Assembly (NCBI GenBank): GCA_947494155.1
Contig: CANLTW010000002.1
Coordinates: 32,001-96,000, forward strand
Reading direction: 5' to 3'
Origin: Chlamydiota bacterium
Lineage (GTDB): Bacteria; Chlamydiota; Chlamydiia; Chlamydiales; RGXB01
Length of the DNA stretch: 64,000 nucleotides
Position 1 is the stretch's first letter, and each line of letters starts with the position of its first letter. Shown one piece after another: positions 49,945 through 61,476 of the stretch. Under the pieces are notes generated by a model that saw nothing but the letters and a program-made list of their open reading frames with translations, was not told where the DNA came from and made no database searches. The position numbers were made by a program, and so were the translations under genes.

Positions 49945-52734
49945 ATGCAAGTCCACAATTTCAAATTTGAAGAGAGCCATTACATCGATGAGATCTGCTC
50001 AACCTTTTTGAAATACGTTCATCCAAGCGGTCTTCAAGTCATCAAAATCAATAACCTTGACCCTCAAAATGTCGCTAGCATCCATTTTCGAACGATTCCG
50101 GAAAACTCCAATGGTTGCCCCCACATTTTAGAGCATGTGGTTTTATGCGGATCAAAAAAATACGATGTCAAAGACCCTTTTTTCTCCATGTTAAGGCGCT
50201 CGATAGCCGGTTTTGCAAACGCTTTCACGGGCTCTGATTTTACCGCTTACCCTTTTGCCGCACATGTGAAAGAGGACTTTTTTAATCTATTTGAGGTCTA
50301 TTTAGACGCTGTTTTTCACCCTCTTATCGACAAGGCCAGTTTTCTACAGGAGGGATCCCGTTACACTGAAGAGGGGTACAAAGGGATAGTTTTCAACGAA
50401 ATGAAGCAGGCGCATAGCTCTTTGCATGATCGATTTCACCATGAAACTCTGTGTCAGCTTTTCCCTGATACCTCCTATAGATTTGATAGCGGCGGAACCC
50501 CGAAAGAGATTGTCACTTTAACTTATGAAGAGCTTGTCGCATTCCATAAGGAGAACTACCACCCCTCGAATGCACTCATTTTTTTATATGGAAATTTAGA
50601 TATTGATGCACAGCTGACTGCAATAGAAAAATCGATCAAGGATATTCCGGACAAACCAAAACACACGAAACACAGAGTTCTTCAGCCCCGATTTACACAA
50701 AAAAAAGAGCACCACACCTTTTATCCTGCAACGGAAGAGGACAAAACAAAACATCTCACTATCGGGTTTGTTTTGGGGGATCAAAGAGATCAGGATCATC
50801 TTCTCGACGCCCTTTTTTTTAAAAGCTATCTTGCCGGACATGATGGATCTCCTCTTCAAAGGGCAATCATGGGGGAAAACCTTGCAAGCTCAGTAGATGT
50901 TATGCTGGACCTAGAGGTATTAGAGCCCTACATCTATTTTATTTTTAAAGATGTTCTCGATGGCCAAAAACTGATCGCAACATTTGATAAAACTCTAGAA
51001 AAAATAAGCTTAGAGGGATTCGATGAGGGGGCAAAAAATGCCAGCCTGCACCAACTGAAAATCGCTTTTTTAAATACTGTTGAAGAGGGCTACCCTACCG
51101 GGATTGTACTTTTTTTTAAAGGGGTGCTCCCCTATTTTAATGGAGCAGATCCTTTAGAACTTTTTTGTTTTAAAAAGCGGTTGGAAAAACTCGAAAAAAG
51201 GGTTGCCGATCCCCTCTATTTGAAAAAAGCAATACAACAGATCTTCCTGAATAATTCCCATCGGACCGAGGTGCACTTTACCAACAAACCCCATCTTTTA
51301 GAGGAAGAGCTCCCCAAACCTTTAGCGCTTGATGCTGAGACAAAAAAAAGGATTGCCCAAGAGAATCATTTAATTGAGTCCAAGCAGTCAAAACCTCAAA
51401 ATTCCTCCTGTCTTCCCATTTTACACATAGAACAGCTCCCTCCGCGACCACCCACCTACCCTTTGGAAAAGAAGGGGGGCGAGATCCCGATTTTTGTGCA
51501 CAATAGCTGGACTAACGGGCTTAGCTATTTTCATTTGATGATCGATCTTCCCGATCTTGATGAAAACGGCTCCCATTATCTAGGACTTTTGGTGCACCTT
51601 CTAGGAGCTATTGGGACCAAAAAAAGGAATTTTAACCTGGTTATCGAAAAAAAAGAGTCTATTCTTTCTCAGTTTTTATTGCGGATCGATGCAACCGAAA
51701 AAAATTTAATTTTGTATCTTGAGGCAGAGAGTCTTTCGGAAAATTTAAAAGAGGGTTTTCGCCTTGTCCAAGAAATTCTTGAAGAGACGGTATTTAGTGA
51801 AAAAGAGCGTTTGCAAGAGATCATGAAAGATCTTTTTAATAGACTCAAAGCGCGCTTCACTCAGCGATCGTACGGTCGTTGTATTTTACATGGAAAGTCT
51901 CACCTAAGAACGGCGTTTAAAGCAGTAGAAAACGCCAATGGCTTTTCTTTCTATAATTGGTTGAAAAAAGAGATCACAAAGCCTATAGATGCTACCATCA
52001 AAGGGTTGGAAACACTCTATCAGCGCCTGCTTAAAGGGGATGAATTATTGGAAATGTCTCTTTGTACAGACTTGAAAGAGATCCCCCCATTTTCTCTTCA
52101 CGCACCAAAAACTCAAACTACTTTTAAAAATCATGTCGTTGAGACTAAAAACCAATCCAAATTTTTCGGGTATTGCGTTCCTATTCAGGCCAGTGAAAAT
52201 GCTTTCGTCTTCAATGGTTTTAGATTTGAAGATTCTGAAACGCCTATCGCAAGGGTTGTGGTTCAGCTTATCAAACATCTACAGCTGCATCCTATCCTTA
52301 GAGAAAAACATGGGGCCTATGGAGCCTCGATTTCAATGGATCCTGAGCAAGGATTATTTACGATGTTTACAACCTGTGATCCAAATATTGAATTAACCTA
52401 CCAAATCTTTCAAGAGGTATTCAATCCGATTATTGCGGGGGAATTTAGCGAAGAAGATCTCTATGAAGCTAAACTTGCTGCTCTGCAGGTGACCGAGGAG
52501 ATCTCTTTACTGAATATGCGAGCGCATGATCAATACTGGCGTAACCGATTAGGTCGAACTGAAACCAAAAGACTGGATGATCGGAATCGGTTGATCAAAG
52601 CGGATCGTTCTGCTATAAGGGAATGTACAGCAAAAATACTAGGCAATCTAACGGGTGGTATTTCGGTGACTCTATCGGCAAAAAAGGCTTTTGAGAACCT
52701 GAAGCATCATCCATCAACACTTGTGGAGCTTTAA
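49945..52734 (+). CDS. M16 (insulinase/PreP-like) zinc metallopeptidase
   Basis: HILEH inverted zinc motif, KDPFF, NAFT, GIVFNEMK, SGG.P, LREKHGAYG. Confidence 0.92.
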   Translation: MQVHNFKFEESHYIDEICSTFLKYVHPSGLQVIKINNLDPQNVASIHFRTIPENSNGCPHILEHVVLCGSKKYDVKDPFFSMLRRSIAGFANAFTGSDFTAYPFAAHVKEDFFNLFEVYLDAVFHPLIDKASFLQEGSRYTEEGYKGIVFNEMKQAHSSLHDRFHHETLCQLFPDTSYRFDSGGTPKEIVTLTYEELVAFHKENYHPSNALIFLYGNLDIDAQLTAIEKSIKDIPDKPKHTKHRVLQPRFTQKKEHHTFYPATEEDKTKHLTIGFVLGDQRDQDHLLDALFFKSYLAGHDGSPLQRAIMGENLASSVDVMLDLEVLEPYIYFIFKDVLDGQKLIATFDKTLEKISLEGFDEGAKNASLHQLKIAFLNTVEEGYPTGIVLFFKGVLPYFNGADPLELFCFKKRLEKLEKRVADPLYLKKAIQQIFLNNSHRTEVHFTNKPHLLEEELPKPLALDAETKKRIAQENHLIESKQSKPQNSSCLPILHIEQLPPRPPTYPLEKKGGEIPIFVHNSWTNGLSYFHLMIDLPDLDENGSHYLGLLVHLLGAIGTKKRNFNLVIEKKESILSQFLLRIDATEKNLILYLEAESLSENLKEGFRLVQEILEETVFSEKERLQEIMKDLFNRLKARFTQRSYGRCILHGKSHLRTAFKAVENANGFSFYNWLKKEITKPIDATIKGLETLYQRLLKGDELLEMSLCTDLKEIPPFSLHAPKTQTTFKNHVVETKNQSKFFGYCVPIQASENAFVFNGFRFEDSETPIARVVVQLIKHLQLHPILREKHGAYGASISMDPEQGLFTMFTTCDPNIELTYQIFQEVFNPIIAGEFSEEDLYEAKLAALQVTEEISLLNMRAHDQYWRNRLGRTETKRLDDRNRLIKADRSAIRECTAKILGNLTGGISVTLSAKKAFENLKHHPSTLVEL

Positions 52735-54194
52735 TGTTAAAACCATTTTCCTATTATTTAGTAGGCCTATACATCCCTTTCGGCCTCGCATCTGGGTTCA
52801 TGTTAGGCGCCAACTCCTCGTCTACAACTAACTATGAACCTCGTTTAGATAAAAATTATGTTAAAATAGTAGATGAGGTGCAGCGCCCCTTTATTTATGT
52901 ATCAACCAAAGCCAAAAGAACGGTTGTGCAGCTTAAAGTCGAATGCGCCACCAATTCTCAACCCGATATGCATGGCTGGCCTTTCGATGATGAGTTTTTT
53001 AACCAATTCTTTGGAAAAAGACCCCCTCAAGAGCAGCAGAAAGCTAAGTTAAGCCTTGGGACCGGATTTTTTGTCAGCCCAGACGGGTACATTCTCACTA
53101 ACTATCATGTGGTGAAAAATGCAAAAAACATCAAAGTGAGCTTTCTGGACCACACCGAAAACGAGATGCCTGCCGAGTTCATCGGGGGCGATCCTAAAAC
53201 GGATGTTGCGGTTATTAAGGTGAATGTCCAAGACCACGAATACCTCTCTTTTGCCGAAGACTCTAACTTAGAAGTGGGCCAATGTGTGATCGCCGCGGGC
53301 AACCCTTTTGAGCTTACAACCAGTATCACTATGGGGGTAATCTCCGCAAAAAATCGGAATAACTTGCAAATTACCGATGTGGGAGATTTTATCCAGACCG
53401 ATGCAGCTATCAATCCGGGAAATTCGGGTGGACCGTTGTTGAATCTTTATGGCGAAGTAGTTGGTATGAATACGGCTATTCTCTCCAATTCGGGGGGGTA
53501 CATGGGTGTTGGATTTGCTATCCCCTCCTCTATCTGCCAAAACATTATGTACCAGCTAAAAAAAGATGGTCAGGTGCGTTGGGGTTACCTTGGGGTCTCG
53601 GTTCAATTTATTGATCAGGAACTTGGCGAAGCTTTCGGCACCTCGAAAGGGGCCCTTGTTGCCTCTGTGCAAAAGGGATCACCTGCAGATAAAGCGGGAG
53701 TCCTTACAGGAGATGTCATTCTTGGCGTCGACAGCAAAAACATCAATACTCCCCAAGAGCTCGAGTCTGCGGTGCGTTTAAAAACTCCGGGCAAAGAGAT
53801 TGTTTTACGTGTCCTAAGAGAGAAAAAAGAGGTGAAGTTAAAAGCTACCATCGACGACAGAACTGCAACAGAGCTTGGAGAAGGTCATGACGCAAGGCTC
53901 GGGATTACCGTTGAACCTACGTCTCAAGGAACTCTTCAGCGCTATCAACATACCGTTTTGGATGTGGAAGGGGTTGTGGTAAAATCGATAGATGACAACT
54001 CTCTACTCAAAGGGAAAATCCAGATCGGTAACGTGATTAGCCAAATCAATAATAAGAAAATCCGCTCTGCGCAAGACTTTGTCGCAGCGATGAAAGAGGT
54101 GGAAAACAAAATTGCAACGCTCCTTGTTTTAAACCAGCGGGGTCAATATCTTTTTGTCAGTTTGGGCCCAGACCTAAAAAACAACAAAAAGTAA
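52734..54194 (+). CDS. htrA: DegP/HtrA serine protease with two PDZ domains
   Basis: TNYHVV, DVAVIK, QTDAAINPGNSGGPL; two PDZ. Confidence 0.95.
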   Translation: MLKPFSYYLVGLYIPFGLASGFMLGANSSSTTNYEPRLDKNYVKIVDEVQRPFIYVSTKAKRTVVQLKVECATNSQPDMHGWPFDDEFFNQFFGKRPPQEQQKAKLSLGTGFFVSPDGYILTNYHVVKNAKNIKVSFLDHTENEMPAEFIGGDPKTDVAVIKVNVQDHEYLSFAEDSNLEVGQCVIAAGNPFELTTSITMGVISAKNRNNLQITDVGDFIQTDAAINPGNSGGPLLNLYGEVVGMNTAILSNSGGYMGVGFAIPSSICQNIMYQLKKDGQVRWGYLGVSVQFIDQELGEAFGTSKGALVASVQKGSPADKAGVLTGDVILGVDSKNINTPQELESAVRLKTPGKEIVLRVLREKKEVKLKATIDDRTATELGEGHDARLGITVEPTSQGTLQRYQHTVLDVEGVVVKSIDDNSLLKGKIQIGNVISQINNKKIRSAQDFVAAMKEVENKIATLLVLNQRGQYLFVSLGPDLKNNKK

Positions 54195-54201
54195 TCGCTA
54201 G

Positions 54202-54226
54202 AACCCGGTGATAAGCCGGGTTTTTT
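54202..54226. terminator. Terminator hairpin between convergent htrA and the M50 protease gene
   Basis: AACCCGG-TGATAAG-CCGGGTT followed by a T tract. Confidence 0.75.
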
Positions 54227-55361
54227 ATTTCTCTAGTATGATGCTTTGGAATAATGGATGAGAGCGAATTGTATCAAAAACGGGATCTTGTATCGAACTT
54301 TTATCCAATCCTAAGTCTAAGGCAACTTTAAGAAACTGAACAGCCAGCTCAATCTCCCCAACAATAGCCCCCGCTTTGGCGGCTAGAAAAGCCTCGATCG
54401 GCCCAGGCTCCTCCTGAAAGATATACGTAGCCATTTCTATAGTAAGGGGGTAGTCTTTCTCTTCAAAAGAGGCTTTAAGGAGTATTTTTTTAGATTCTAA
54501 TGAAATTTGCACCTTAATGGGATTAAGAAGGTTGTATGCCTCTTTGTAATCTTGTTTGAGATGGGCCATTTTAGCCAGAGCTTCGCAAGATTTGGTAAAG
54601 CAGTAGCCCTCTTTTGCCTCCTCTTTCACTTTTCGATAGATTTTTTCCGCTTCTGCTAAATTATGCTCAGACTCCAAAATCTCAGCTTGGGTGATATTTT
54701 TTCGTGTTTCTTCGCTGAAATCGGCTTCACCCATCCTTTTGACTTGTTTGAAAATTTCAATCCCTTGAAAAAGCAAGAACATGAAGATAATCCCTAAAAA
54801 AAGCTGACCGATAAGGAAAAAACCCACCACAGCGGCTGATGCAAAGAAAATCGATAGCCCGGCGCTGATTAGATAACCTTTAAATCCAAAAATCCCTTGA
54901 CATATCACACGCACCAGCTGACCGCCGTCAAGAGGTAATATAGGTAAAAGATTCAAAACGGTCCAAAATCCATTCACAAAACCAAAAAGAAATGGGTAGG
55001 CAGCGTAAGGGGAACTTTTTACCGCCGGGATATTAAAAATAAAAAACCCTAAAAAACATAGAAAAAGGCTCATCATCGGGCCGGCTAGGACTACTAAAAA
55101 CTCCTTGAATCCGTTGATCTTTGGACCCTCAGGATAGGTTAACCCCCCAAAAGCAATCAGTTCAATCCGAGGTTTTTGACCAAACATTTTAGAAACAACA
55201 GCGTGTCCATACTCATGAACTAAAACCGAAACAAAAATCACCAGAATCCAAAATAGGGTTCCAATAAGATTTAATGAATTCAAAAAGCCTATCAAAGCGG
55301 CGACTAAAAAGAAGGGCCAAGTGACTTTTACGGGGATACTTTTTCCAAACTCAAACATCAT
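54225..55361 (-). CDS. Site-2 (M50) membrane metalloprotease with C-terminal TPR-like helices
   Basis: [20 protein letters not shown]. Confidence 0.9.
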   Translation of the reverse strand: MMFEFGKSIPVKVTWPFFLVAALIGFLNSLNLIGTLFWILVIFVSVLVHEYGHAVVSKMFGQKPRIELIAFGGLTYPEGPKINGFKEFLVVLAGPMMSLFLCFLGFFIFNIPAVKSSPYAAYPFLFGFVNGFWTVLNLLPILPLDGGQLVRVICQGIFGFKGYLISAGLSIFFASAAVVGFFLIGQLFLGIIFMFLLFQGIEIFKQVKRMGEADFSEETRKNITQAEILESEHNLAEAEKIYRKVKEEAKEGYCFTKSCEALAKMAHLKQDYKEAYNLLNPIKVQISLESKKILLKASFEEKDYPLTIEMATYIFQEEPGPIEAFLAAKAGAIVGEIELAVQFLKVALDLGLDKSSIQDPVFDTIRSHPLFQSIILEK

Positions 55362-56242
55362 TTGCCCTTAAAATTTTTTATGGCCTCAACTAGTGCATGA
55401 CCCATTTCTGCTGGAGTTTGTGCAACACATACCCCGCACTCTTTTAAAATACGGATTTTATCCTGTGCTTTTCCAGAACCATTCGAGACAATTGCCCCAG
55501 CATGGCCCATTCTTTTTCCTTCAGGTGCCGTTGCACCAGCTATAAATGCTGCCACAGGTTTTGTGACGTGCTCACGTATATATCTTCCCGCTTCCTCCTC
55601 TTGAGATCCCCCAATCTCCCCGATCATCAAAATAGAGTGGGTGTTGGGATCTTTTTCAAAAAGCTTGATTGCGTCGATAAAATTCGTCCCGTTTATGGGA
55701 TCTCCCCCAATTCCGATACACGTTGACTGCCCCAAATTCAATTGGCTGGTCTGATGGACTGCCTCGTAAGTTAAGGTTCCCGATCTCGAAACAATCCCTA
55801 CATGCCCTTTTTTATGAATATACCCTGGCATAATACCGATTTTGCACTCACCCGGACTGATGATTCCAGGGCAGTTTGGCCCTATCAATCGGCTATTAGA
55901 AAGCCTCAAGGCCGATTGCACCTCCAGCATGTCTTTAACGGGAATCCCCTCAGTGATGCAGACAATAAGTCCAATTTTTGCATCGATCGCTTCTAAAATT
56001 GCGTCGGCCGCATAGGGAGGGGGTACGAAGATCATGGATGCATCTACCTCCATCTCCCTGACAATTTCATGGACTGTATCAAAAACAGGGAGGTTGGATA
56101 AACTTTCGCCTCCCTTTCCCGGAGTCACTCCGGCAATAAATTTCGAACCGTAGGCTATACATTCCTGCGTATGAAAAGCTCCCGCTTTACCTGTGATCCC
56201 TTGCGTGATAATTTTCGTATTTTTTCCAATTAAAACAGCCAT
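55358..56242 (-). CDS. sucD: Succinyl-CoA synthetase alpha subunit
   Basis: [27 protein letters not shown] phospho-His. Confidence 0.97.
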   Translation of the reverse strand: MAVLIGKNTKIITQGITGKAGAFHTQECIAYGSKFIAGVTPGKGGESLSNLPVFDTVHEIVREMEVDASMIFVPPPYAADAILEAIDAKIGLIVCITEGIPVKDMLEVQSALRLSNSRLIGPNCPGIISPGECKIGIMPGYIHKKGHVGIVSRSGTLTYEAVHQTSQLNLGQSTCIGIGGDPINGTNFIDAIKLFEKDPNTHSILMIGEIGGSQEEEAGRYIREHVTKPVAAFIAGATAPEGKRMGHAGAIVSNGSGKAQDKIRILKECGVCVAQTPAEMGHALVEAIKNFKGK

Positions 56243-57400
56243 CTAGATCACCTCCTGGACTTGAGCCACAATTTTTTTGGCTGCATCCAAAAGATCTACC
56301 GCTGCGATGATTTCAAGCCCGCAGTCTTCCAACAGCTGTTCACCCTCTTTCACATGGGTACCCTCTAAGCGTACAACGATCGGAATTTTGATTTTGCGCT
56401 CTTTAACCACATGGATAATCCCCTCTGCAATCATTTTGCAGCTGACGATCCCACCAAAAATATTCACCAAAATCCCCTTCACCTGAGGATCGCTAAGGAT
56501 CATCTCAAACCCGAAAGCAATCCTCTCTTTTGTGGCACTGCCCCCCACATCCAGAAAATTCGCAGGCTTTCCCCCCTCATGCTGAATAATATCCATGGTT
56601 GCCATGGCAAGACCCGCCCCATTCACCATGCAACCGATATTTCCGTCTAAAGAGACATACGAAAGATCATTCTCAAAAGCGGCATTTTCTGCGGAGCTAT
56701 ATTGAGAGGGATCACGCATTTCTGCAATCAAGGGATGACGAAATAGCGCGTTATCATCGATACCAAATTTGGCGTCCAAGGCAACGAGTTGCTGACTGGG
56801 TGTTAAAACCAAGGGGTTTATTTCTAAAATAGAGGCATCTAAATCGTAAAAAGCTTTGACTAAATTTTGGATAATTTTCGCGGCCTGCTTCGCAACGTCC
56901 CCTTTAAAACCCATAAATTTATTAAAGGCGACAATTTGGTACATCCTTAATTTACCAGGCAAACTAATTGGCAAGGTTAGAATTTTCTCAGGGTGCTTTT
57001 CGGCCACCTCTTCAATATCCATCCCCCCTTCCGTTGAGGCGATAAGAATCATCTGTTTTTTAGCCCGGTCGATAATAGCCGCTAAATAGTACTCCTTATC
57101 GATATCCACAGGCTTACTCAAAATCACTGCGTTGGCAATTACACCCTGAGGCCCGGTCTGGTTGTTACACATCTTCATCCCTAAAAGGCGTCTGGTAACC
57201 TCTTTTATCTCCTGCAGGGATTTCGCAAATTTCACCCCGCCAGCCTTTCCTCGACCCCCGGCATGCACCTGGATTTTCACCACCGCTTCGTCAAGATTTA
57301 GTTCTTTAAGTTCCTCTAGATGACGAATCACAATATACTCAGGCACAGGAATATGATACCTTTTCAAAAGCTCTTTTGCCTGGTATTCATGTATATTCAT
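56243..57400 (-). CDS. sucC: Succinyl-CoA synthetase beta subunit
   Basis: MNIHEYQAK, GGRGKAGGV, GAGLAMATMD, NIFGGI. Confidence 0.97.
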   Translation of the reverse strand: MNIHEYQAKELLKRYHIPVPEYIVIRHLEELKELNLDEAVVKIQVHAGGRGKAGGVKFAKSLQEIKEVTRRLLGMKMCNNQTGPQGVIANAVILSKPVDIDKEYYLAAIIDRAKKQMILIASTEGGMDIEEVAEKHPEKILTLPISLPGKLRMYQIVAFNKFMGFKGDVAKQAAKIIQNLVKAFYDLDASILEINPLVLTPSQQLVALDAKFGIDDNALFRHPLIAEMRDPSQYSSAENAAFENDLSYVSLDGNIGCMVNGAGLAMATMDIIQHEGGKPANFLDVGGSATKERIAFGFEMILSDPQVKGILVNIFGGIVSCKMIAEGIIHVVKERKIKIPIVVRLEGTHVKEGEQLLEDCGLEIIAAVDLLDAAKKIVAQVQEVI

Positions 57401-57644
57401 ATCTCTTCCTCTCGCCTCTATATCTCTAAAAATTCATTATAATTCAACTATCAAATGCTATCTTTGTATTTATATAATTGGTTAAGAGAGGGAAATAACT
57501 TTTAAAACCATTTTTCTTTCGAAAATATTTTATGAACGCTGGGGATGAGTAACCCCCCTTTTTTTCCCTGTTTTTGGCTCTACTTGTCATCCCTAAGCTG
57601 TTTATGATAAGATAGGGTCTTACAGATCGAAATACGGGTATTCC

Positions 57645-58538
57645 TTGTTCAGCTTGCTAAAAGATAAGTATAAAAAGATTAAAAAATTTTTCCTCCACTC
57701 CCTCCAAACGATTTTTTCCAAAAAGATGGACCAGGAGCAGTGGGATCGTCTGGAAGAGCTTTTATACATGCAAGACCTTGGGGGATCCTTAGTGGATGAG
57801 ATTCTTGAGGGGATTAAGCTTTTTCATAAATCTCATCCGCAAGCTGAGGAGAGCGACTATATCCAATGGATGAAAAAATTTATGCTCTCTTTGTTCCCTT
57901 TACAAAACGAGCCTCTCCCTAGATTCTATCCAAAAGGGTCCTTAGTATTAGTTGTTGGGGTAAATGGCTCTGGTAAAACCACAACTATTGGCCGGCTTGC
58001 CCATTTTTATCGGGAGCAGAACCAGAAAATTCTAGTAGCACCGGGCGACACTTTTAGAGCAGCTGCAAAAGAGCAACTCTCTATATGGGCAAAAAGGGCG
58101 CAAGTTGACATGGTTGATAGCTTATCGAAAGAACCTTCGGGGGTAATCTATGAAGCGCTACAAAAAGGGCAAAGCGGGGAATATGATCTTATTCTTGCTG
58201 ACACTGCGGGTCGGCTGGATGCGAAGGTTGAGTTGATGCGGGAGCTGGAGAAGGTGATCCGGACGGCTAAGAAATTGCAGCCCGAAGCTCCACAGGAAAT
58301 CCTCTACATCTTGGATGCTACTCTTGGACAAAATGGTTTAGATCAATTGAAAGCATTTCTACAAGTCTGCCCTGTAACCGGCATATGCCTGACAAAAATG
58401 GACGGCACGGCAAAAGGGGGGGTAGCCTTAAGAGTGCAAAAAGAGTTAAAGATCCCGATTTTATGGATCGGGCTAGGGGAAAGCTTGCACGATTTACAGC
58501 CATTTGATGCTAACCAGTACGTAGAGTCGTTATTTTAG
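57645..58538 (+). CDS. ftsY: Signal recognition particle receptor
   Basis: GVNGSGKTTT, DTFRAAA, DTAGR, TKMDGTAKGG; TTG start. Confidence 0.96.
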   Translation: MFSLLKDKYKKIKKFFLHSLQTIFSKKMDQEQWDRLEELLYMQDLGGSLVDEILEGIKLFHKSHPQAEESDYIQWMKKFMLSLFPLQNEPLPRFYPKGSLVLVVGVNGSGKTTTIGRLAHFYREQNQKILVAPGDTFRAAAKEQLSIWAKRAQVDMVDSLSKEPSGVIYEALQKGQSGEYDLILADTAGRLDAKVELMRELEKVIRTAKKLQPEAPQEILYILDATLGQNGLDQLKAFLQVCPVTGICLTKMDGTAKGGVALRVQKELKIPILWIGLGESLHDLQPFDANQYVESLF

Positions 58539-59206
58539 TGGAAAAAGAGTTACTAGAACTTGTACGTGAATTGAAATTTTTGGTTGCTCCCAAAAAGAGA
58601 AACCCCGTGAAGGATTCTGTGCAAAAAACACCTCAAAAAACAGCTCTTGCCAGTATGAACTCCCCTTTGCCTCAGCCTATTGTTTTACCCAAATTACGGC
58701 ATGAGGAGAAGAAAACAGAGAAAAAAGTGGAGTTGCCCCCGGTAAAAGTTCTCCACCTCCCTCTTCATGATTTGACCGATTGGTATCAAAAAAGATTTAA
58801 AACACAAGCCATCACCCCTCTGAGCGATAAAAGGGCTTTTGATGCGAAAACACGCTATTTGGATGGAACAAAAGAGGCATCGGTAGTTGTTGTGATCCCA
58901 AAGAAACTTAAAGAAGGGAAAGAACTTTACAAAGCTATCCAAACGGCGATTCACCAGTATCTTGTCCCCTGTATGGTTTTGGCAAAAGAACAATTGAGTA
59001 AAGAGCTTGTGGGTCAATCAAGACTTTTGATTTTAGATTTAGATTGGATCAAATCCTTGGAAAAAGAGATAGAATACGACCCTGAAACAAAAACTCCAAC
59101 CCTTTGGAAAATTCCTATTTACCCTTTAGAACCTTACGAAATACTCCAAACCCCTCTGGGAAAAAAACGGCTATGGCAAGCTCTGCTCTCCCTCCCCCAT
59201 TCCTAG
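58538..59206 (+). CDS. Hypothetical protein between ftsY and priA
   Basis: GTG start overlapping the ftsY stop; K/P-rich N-terminus; C-terminal KKRLWQAL; overlaps the priA start. Confidence 0.7.
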   Translation: MEKELLELVRELKFLVAPKKRNPVKDSVQKTPQKTALASMNSPLPQPIVLPKLRHEEKKTEKKVELPPVKVLHLPLHDLTDWYQKRFKTQAITPLSDKRAFDAKTRYLDGTKEASVVVVIPKKLKEGKELYKAIQTAIHQYLVPCMVLAKEQLSKELVGQSRLLILDLDWIKSLEKEIEYDPETKTPTLWKIPIYPLEPYEILQTPLGKKRLWQALLSLPHS

Positions 59207-61395
59207 AGGTTCTAGTCGATCAAAAAATCGACAAACCCTTGTGTTATGAAAATTGCGGGCTTCTTCTTTTTGTAGGCTCCCGCGTTCTTGTGCCGTTACG
59301 CAACAAAATAGTGAAGGCTACCGTAGTCAAGGCGCTAGAAAAACCCTCTTTTGCTAAAACAGCAAAGATCCACTCCCTTCTTGAGGAGGAATCTCTTACA
59401 GAGGATTTGATGCAGCTTGCCTCCTGGATGAGCGAATACTACATGACCCCATTCCAAAAAGTATTGACTACCCTTTTGCCCGCGTCGCTGAAAAAAAAGA
59501 CCCAAAAAGAGGAGCAATTTTTTGTCGAGAAAAAGGCGTCTTTGGCAACCCTCATAGAATTAGCCGCCTCAATCAGTCAAAAAAATCATCCCCAAAAAAA
59601 AGTGCTTGAGGTGATTTTAAAGCAGGATAAAGGGATCTACCTTTCCAAGCTTTTGGAATTGGCTGAAACCTCCAAAAGCCCAGTGGATACTCTAGTAAAA
59701 AAAGGGTTTTTAGCACTCAAAAAAATTGAGGTGGACCGCTCTTTTTTTCAACATGAGGATTTCCTCTTAGCCCCTAGCAAAACACTCAATAGCGAGCAGA
59801 TGGCAGCTCTAAAGAAAATCACCACAAAACTTGATGAAAAAACGTTTCATACCGAGCTTCTTTTTGGTGTTACAGGGAGCGGAAAAACCGAGGTTTATCT
59901 ACAAGCGATCCATAAGGCCCGCTCCATGGGGCTGGGGGTAGTATTCCTCGTTCCCGAAATAGCACTTACAACCCAAACGATCGAAAGGCTCCTTTCACGA
60001 TTTAGTGAACAAATAGCCGTTTTACATCATCGTCTTTCCGATGGAGAGCGGTTTGACGCCTATAGAGGGATTCTAAGCGGTAAAATTTCGATTGTCATCG
60101 GGGCAAGATCGGCGATTTTTGCTCCGGTGCAGAATCTAGGTCTCATCATCGTTGATGAAGAGCAGGATGGCTCGTTTAAACAAACAGAGGAGATGCCCTG
60201 TTATAATGCAAGAGACGTAGCTATTGTACGAGCCAAAAACCTTAATGCGCTTTGTATTTTAGGGAGCGCTACCCCCTGTTTTGAAACTTATTACAACGCA
60301 GAAAACCTCAAATATGGCCAGAGCACTCTTACGCTAAGAGCAAAACAAAATCCTTTGCCCGATGTAAAAATTGTCGACATGCGCCATGAGGACGATAAGA
60401 AAAAATGTCGCGCTCTTTTTAGCGATCTTTTATTAGAAAAGATCGAAGATCGGCTAAAAAAGGGGGAGCAAACACTCCTTTTTTTAAACCGAAGGGGTTT
60501 CTTTAAATGCCAAATTTGCACAAGCTGCAATGAAACCCTTAAGTGCGATCAGTGTGATGTTTGTCTGACTTACCACAAAGGCGAGAATATTTTAGCCTGT
60601 CACCTTTGTGGATTTACCCAAGACCCCCAAAAAGCATTTTGTAAAAAATGTTGTTCAAGAGAGACCATGCGGTTTCAGGGACCTGGTACTGAACAGGTGG
60701 AGAGGGCTTTAAAAGCTCTATTCAAAGAGGCCCGAGTTTTACGCATGGACCGCGACACAACGCGACACAAAGGGAGCCACGACGCCCTCTATCGAGAATT
60801 CAAGTCTCAAAAGGCCGATATCCTCATTGGTACACAAATGATTGCAAAAGGGCTCGATTTTCCTTTAGTCACTCTAGTAGGTATCCTTAATGCAGACTCG
60901 ATGCTCCATATTCCCGATTTCAGATCCCAAGAGAATGCTTTCCAATTACTCAGTCAAGTATCAGGCCGTGCGGGAAGGGGCGATTTTCCCGGGGAGGTGA
61001 TTTTACAGACTCGTCTACCTGAATATCCGGTAATTCACCACGCCTCCAAAGAGGATTTCAAAACCTTTTTCCATGAAGAGATTATCTTGCGCAAACAATT
61101 CCACTACCCCCCCTTCAAAAAATTGTGCCGTATTGTTTTACAGTCCTCTGAAAGTACCCTTTTAGATCAGTTTGGGGCCTATCTTACCCATCTATTTGAA
61201 AAAACCAGGGAAACGGATGTGGATATTTTGCCCTACACACTTTGTGGACTGACAAAAGCTAAAGGGCAACACCGGGGACAAATTCTTTTAAAAGCCCTTA
61301 AATTCTCCTCTTTGAAAAAAATGGTTCTAAAAATACCGAAGCATGAAAAAATCAAATGCCTGGTAGATGTGGATCCTCTTCAGACGTTTTTTTAA
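59173..61395 (+). CDS. priA: Primosomal protein N' (replication restart helicase)
   Basis: GVTGSGKTEVY, DEEQD, SATP, LNRRG, Cys-rich zinc region, GTQMIAKG, QVSGRAGR, DVDP. Confidence 0.96.
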   Translation: MASSALPPPFLEVLVDQKIDKPLCYENCGLLLFVGSRVLVPLRNKIVKATVVKALEKPSFAKTAKIHSLLEEESLTEDLMQLASWMSEYYMTPFQKVLTTLLPASLKKKTQKEEQFFVEKKASLATLIELAASISQKNHPQKKVLEVILKQDKGIYLSKLLELAETSKSPVDTLVKKGFLALKKIEVDRSFFQHEDFLLAPSKTLNSEQMAALKKITTKLDEKTFHTELLFGVTGSGKTEVYLQAIHKARSMGLGVVFLVPEIALTTQTIERLLSRFSEQIAVLHHRLSDGERFDAYRGILSGKISIVIGARSAIFAPVQNLGLIIVDEEQDGSFKQTEEMPCYNARDVAIVRAKNLNALCILGSATPCFETYYNAENLKYGQSTLTLRAKQNPLPDVKIVDMRHEDDKKKCRALFSDLLLEKIEDRLKKGEQTLLFLNRRGFFKCQICTSCNETLKCDQCDVCLTYHKGENILACHLCGFTQDPQKAFCKKCCSRETMRFQGPGTEQVERALKALFKEARVLRMDRDTTRHKGSHDALYREFKSQKADILIGTQMIAKGLDFPLVTLVGILNADSMLHIPDFRSQENAFQLLSQVSGRAGRGDFPGEVILQTRLPEYPVIHHASKEDFKTFFHEEIILRKQFHYPPFKKLCRIVLQSSESTLLDQFGAYLTHLFEKTRETDVDILPYTLCGLTKAKGQHRGQILLKALKFSSLKKMVLKIPKHEKIKCLVDVDPLQTFF

Positions 61396-61476
61396 AAATT
61401 TTTTAATTCAATAATTTAAAATTTTAAAAAATCTTTAAATTATTTATCCTTGTGCCAACTATTTTAGGAGCTCCTA